Positions 31,192 through 34,064 of a stretch of 34,064 nt of DNA are shown here, one piece after another; the stretch's first letter is position 1, and each line of letters begins with the position of its first letter. The stretch is from Thraustochytrium aureum (Eukaryota), in NCBI GenBank assembly GCA_012862495.1, contig BLSG01000132.1, positions 163,704 to 197,767 on the forward strand. Direction: 5' to 3'. A program made the position numbers and the translations under genes. The notes beneath the pieces are model-generated. The model searched no databases and was not told the DNA's origin. It worked only from the letters and a program-made list of their open reading frames with translations.

Positions 31192-31233
31192 GAGAAACTC
31201 TCCATCAATACAGAGAATCTCTCCGTCAATACA
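31192..31233. repeat. 21-bp tandem duplication
   Basis: GAGAAACTCTCCATCAATACA / GAGAATCTCTCCGTCAATACA, two mismatches. Confidence 0.8.
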
Positions 31234-31646
31234 GATAGGCATGTGCTGCACGAGGCCGCCGCAGCCGCCGGCCGCCGCATTGGTCCAGCGCAACCATCGA
31301 CCAATCCGCGCAACACAACACGCCCAAATCAAAACTATCCGTTGACATCCCGTTCGTCACCCGAGCCCCCTCGTCCCGCGACCCCAGTAACGTAGATACC
31401 CTAACTGACTCAGCCACGTGACAGTGAGGACCTGGTTACGAGAAGGTACGCGGGTTAGGGCGCGGGTTAGGTCTGCGAGTTGAATTCAAAGTGCGTCCAG
31501 AGCACGATTGAAGCCGCGGCGCGCAGTGCGTGCGTGCGGGCGCTTCGAGGGCTCTGAGGTCGCGCCGGGCGCTGGTCCTTGCTGCTCGTTTCGCTCCGCC
31601 CGCTGTGGTCTGTTCTGGTCTGGTCTGGTCTTGCTTCTCGCGCGGG

Positions 31647-34052
31647 ATGGACGACTGGGACGACGACGCAGGCGAGGCCGGGGCGGACTCCGCGGTCGCG
31701 TTCCTGCACAGCTTGGGCGCCGACGGCCGGCTGACGGTCGGCGTGGCTGTCGTCGGCAAGCGCGCGAGAGAGGAGAAGGAGGACAGGAGGGACCGCGCCG
31801 TGGAGCTGTACGAGTTTGAGGACTGCGCGCAGCTGACCAACCTCGAGTCGCTCTTGGTCAGAGTTGCGCCTCGGCTGTGCTATCACGAGGAGCTGGACTC
31901 GAAGAGCAATGTGGCGAGTGGGTTCAAGCGCCGCGTCGAGGGGCTGCTGCACGCGCTCAATCTCAGCGGAGAGCAAGTGGGCAAGCGCCAGTTCGCCACG
32001 GACAACGTCGAGCAGGACCTCAAGTTCCTCACTGGTGGCGACTCGGTGAGCGAGCTCAGCGAGCTCCTCAACGAGAAACGCGTCGCCCTCGGAGCCCTAT
32101 GCGCCGTTATCTCGCGCGAGGGCCTGACCGGCGATGAAGAGCTGCGCGGCCGCTTCCAGGTCGAGGCTGGCCAGCTCTCCAAGTACATGCGGTTGGACGC
32201 CGCGGCAGTCGAGGCGCTCAACCTGTTCCCGAGCGCCCCGAGCGCGGGCCGTGGTGCGCAAGCGCGCGAGTCGAGTGTGTTTGGCGTCCTGGACCACTGC
32301 AAGACGCGCAACCTGGGGTCCAGGCTGCTTCGTCGATGGATTCGCCAGCCGCTCCTCGACGGCGAGGAGCTGTCGTGGCGCCAGGACGTCGTCGGCGCTC
32401 TCAAGGACGACTCGATTCGCCGCGAAACGTTGCAGGACGCGCTGAAGAGCGTGCCCGACCTGGAGCGGCTTCTGCGCCGCTTTGAGGCTGGCAAAGCTGG
32501 TCTCAAGGAGATGTACCAGTTGTACATGTTCGTGGAGGTGCTGCCACGAGTTGCTCAAGCCCTTGCGGATGGGCAGATCGGGGAGGCCGAGGCGGCCCCG
32601 CAGCTCGCTGAGCTGTCACGCCAAGTCGAGGAGCTCTGTGCAGCGAACAGGTTTGGCAAATTCATCGAGCTCGTGGAGAGCGTGTTGGACCTCAACCTCG
32701 CGCCAGCCGAGTTTCGCGTCAAGCCCGTCCACGACGAGACCGGCGAGCTCGCCAAGCTGGCGGACGAGCTGGAGGAGATCAACGCCCGAAAGGAATCTGT
32801 GCGCGAGAGTCTGCAAGAGGGCGAGTTGGCCGGTATGAACGCCAAGTTTGAGACGGACGCCGGCATGCTCAAGACGTACGGGTTCCACTTTCGCGTGAAC
32901 AAGCGCGAAGACAATCGGCTGAAAAAACTCAAGGTCGGGACGTACCTGAACGTTGTCGCTGCGTGCATCCGCTGGGGCACCGACGAGCTCACCGAGCTTC
33001 ATGCGCAGTACGTCGACGCATACCAGCAGCTCGAGCGCAAGCAGGCCGCGATCGTACAGCAGGCCGCCGAAGTGGCCTCCACGTTCATCCCGCTCTTTGA
33101 GGGCGCTGCCGCCCTCGTGGCCAAGCTCGACGTTCTGGCGAGCCTCGCCCATGCGGCGGCCTACGCAGGTGACCACGGGTACGTGCGGCCGGAGTTGACT
33201 CCGCTTGGGGCGGCGCAGCGCAGAATCAAGCTCTCGCAGGCGCGCCACCCCTGCCTTGAGATGCTCGACACGGTCGACTTTATTGCCAACGACTACGAGC
33301 TGGATGCCGACAAGAACAACTTTCAGATCGTGACAGGGCCGAACATGGGCGGCAAGAGCACGTATATCCGCCAGCTCGGCACCATTCTCGTGATGGCGCA
33401 AATCGGCAGCTTTGTGCCTTGCGCCGCCGCCGAGCTCCCCATTGTCGACGCAGTGCTTGCGCGCGTCGGCGCGAGCGACGCGCAGCTCCGGGGCGTCTCG
33501 ACGTTCATGGCCGAGATGGTGGAGGCCTCGGCCATCGTCAAGACGGCCACCTGCAACTCGCTGGTCATCATCGACGAGCTCGGCCGTGGGACGAGTACGT
33601 ACGACGGGTTTGGGCTGGCCTGGGCCATTTCCGAGCACCTCGCCAAGACGGTGCGGCCGTTTTGCCTCTTTGCGACGCACTTTCACGAGCTCACCGCGCT
33701 GGCGAACAAAGTCCCGGCTGTGACCAACAAGCACGTCACTGCGCTTGCCACGGATGACGCCATCACCATGCTGTACACGGTCAACGACGGGCCTTGCAAG
33801 GAGAGTTTTGGGATCAACATCGCCAAAATGGCAGGCTTCCCGGACGACGTTGTCGCCTCAGCCAAGCGCAAGGCGCAGGCCTTGGAGTCGCTGGCCGTCA
33901 TCGGCACGGTGCCTGCTTCCGGGCCGAGCCGCGGCAAGCGGCTCCGCATTGAGCAGGCTCGCGCGGTGGTGCGCTCGTTTGCGTCCATGGCAGAGTCGGC
34001 CGCGACGGACGCGGCGAGCCTGCGCACCGCATTCCCGCAACTTATCTCGTAG
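31647..34052 (+). CDS. MSH2: DNA mismatch repair protein MSH2 (801 aa from first ATG)
   Basis: EFEDCAQLTNLESLL, YMRLDAAAVEALNLF, GSRLLRRWIRQPL, ARHPCLE, TGPNMGGKSTYIRQ, STFMAEM, DELGRGTSTYDGFGLAWAISE (MSH2-type), FATHFHELT, SFGINIAKMAGFP. Confidence 0.96.
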   Translation: MDDWDDDAGEAGADSAVAFLHSLGADGRLTVGVAVVGKRAREEKEDRRDRAVELYEFEDCAQLTNLESLLVRVAPRLCYHEELDSKSNVASGFKRRVEGLLHALNLSGEQVGKRQFATDNVEQDLKFLTGGDSVSELSELLNEKRVALGALCAVISREGLTGDEELRGRFQVEAGQLSKYMRLDAAAVEALNLFPSAPSAGRGAQARESSVFGVLDHCKTRNLGSRLLRRWIRQPLLDGEELSWRQDVVGALKDDSIRRETLQDALKSVPDLERLLRRFEAGKAGLKEMYQLYMFVEVLPRVAQALADGQIGEAEAAPQLAELSRQVEELCAANRFGKFIELVESVLDLNLAPAEFRVKPVHDETGELAKLADELEEINARKESVRESLQEGELAGMNAKFETDAGMLKTYGFHFRVNKREDNRLKKLKVGTYLNVVAACIRWGTDELTELHAQYVDAYQQLERKQAAIVQQAAEVASTFIPLFEGAAALVAKLDVLASLAHAAAYAGDHGYVRPELTPLGAAQRRIKLSQARHPCLEMLDTVDFIANDYELDADKNNFQIVTGPNMGGKSTYIRQLGTILVMAQIGSFVPCAAAELPIVDAVLARVGASDAQLRGVSTFMAEMVEASAIVKTATCNSLVIIDELGRGTSTYDGFGLAWAISEHLAKTVRPFCLFATHFHELTALANKVPAVTNKHVTALATDDAITMLYTVNDGPCKESFGINIAKMAGFPDDVVASAKRKAQALESLAVIGTVPASGPSRGKRLRIEQARAVVRSFASMAESAATDAASLRTAFPQLIS

Positions 34053-34064
34053 ACAAACAACAAA

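Noticed and set aside
31530..31646. N-terminal extension of MSH2 from the GTG at 31530
   Set aside because: It is a non-ATG start in a eukaryote, runs through a (CTGGT)n repeat, and does not resemble MutS domain I.

Overview
A GC-rich, gene-dense, nearly intron-free eukaryotic draft scaffold with six N-gaps. The gene style suggests a heterotrophic protist such as a thraustochytrid/labyrinthulomycete; this is inferred, not shown. About twelve genes are readable, in order: the 3' end of a polyQ protein; a ~1760-aa putatively mitochondrial protein with an AP2-like motif and RRMs; an At5g03900-family membrane protein; a GT1 sterol-glucosyltransferase-like enzyme; a DUF2855 protein; an alpha/beta hydrolase; TRAPPC11; a mitochondrial ValRS; a membrane-anchored protein with two tandem tubulin-tyrosine-ligase (ATP-grasp) domains; a 2-oxodicarboxylate carrier; a 7TM receptor-like protein; and MSH2. 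Several genes are split in the ORF track by apparent small indels, often in homopolymers, which are probably sequencing errors. The most interesting points are: (i) the TTL protein has predicted type II topology, which would place an active plus a degenerate ATP-grasp ligase pair in the lumen or outside the cell; (ii) the large protein has an RRM apparently split by ~500 aa and an AP2-like N-terminal motif; (iii) MSH2 appears to lack domain I; (iv) arrays of ATCGAT/GATC palindromes and TTAGGG motifs are concentrated in divergent promoter intervals. No rRNA, tRNA, CRISPR array or transposase was recognised. All family calls come from motif recognition by eye, not from database searches.
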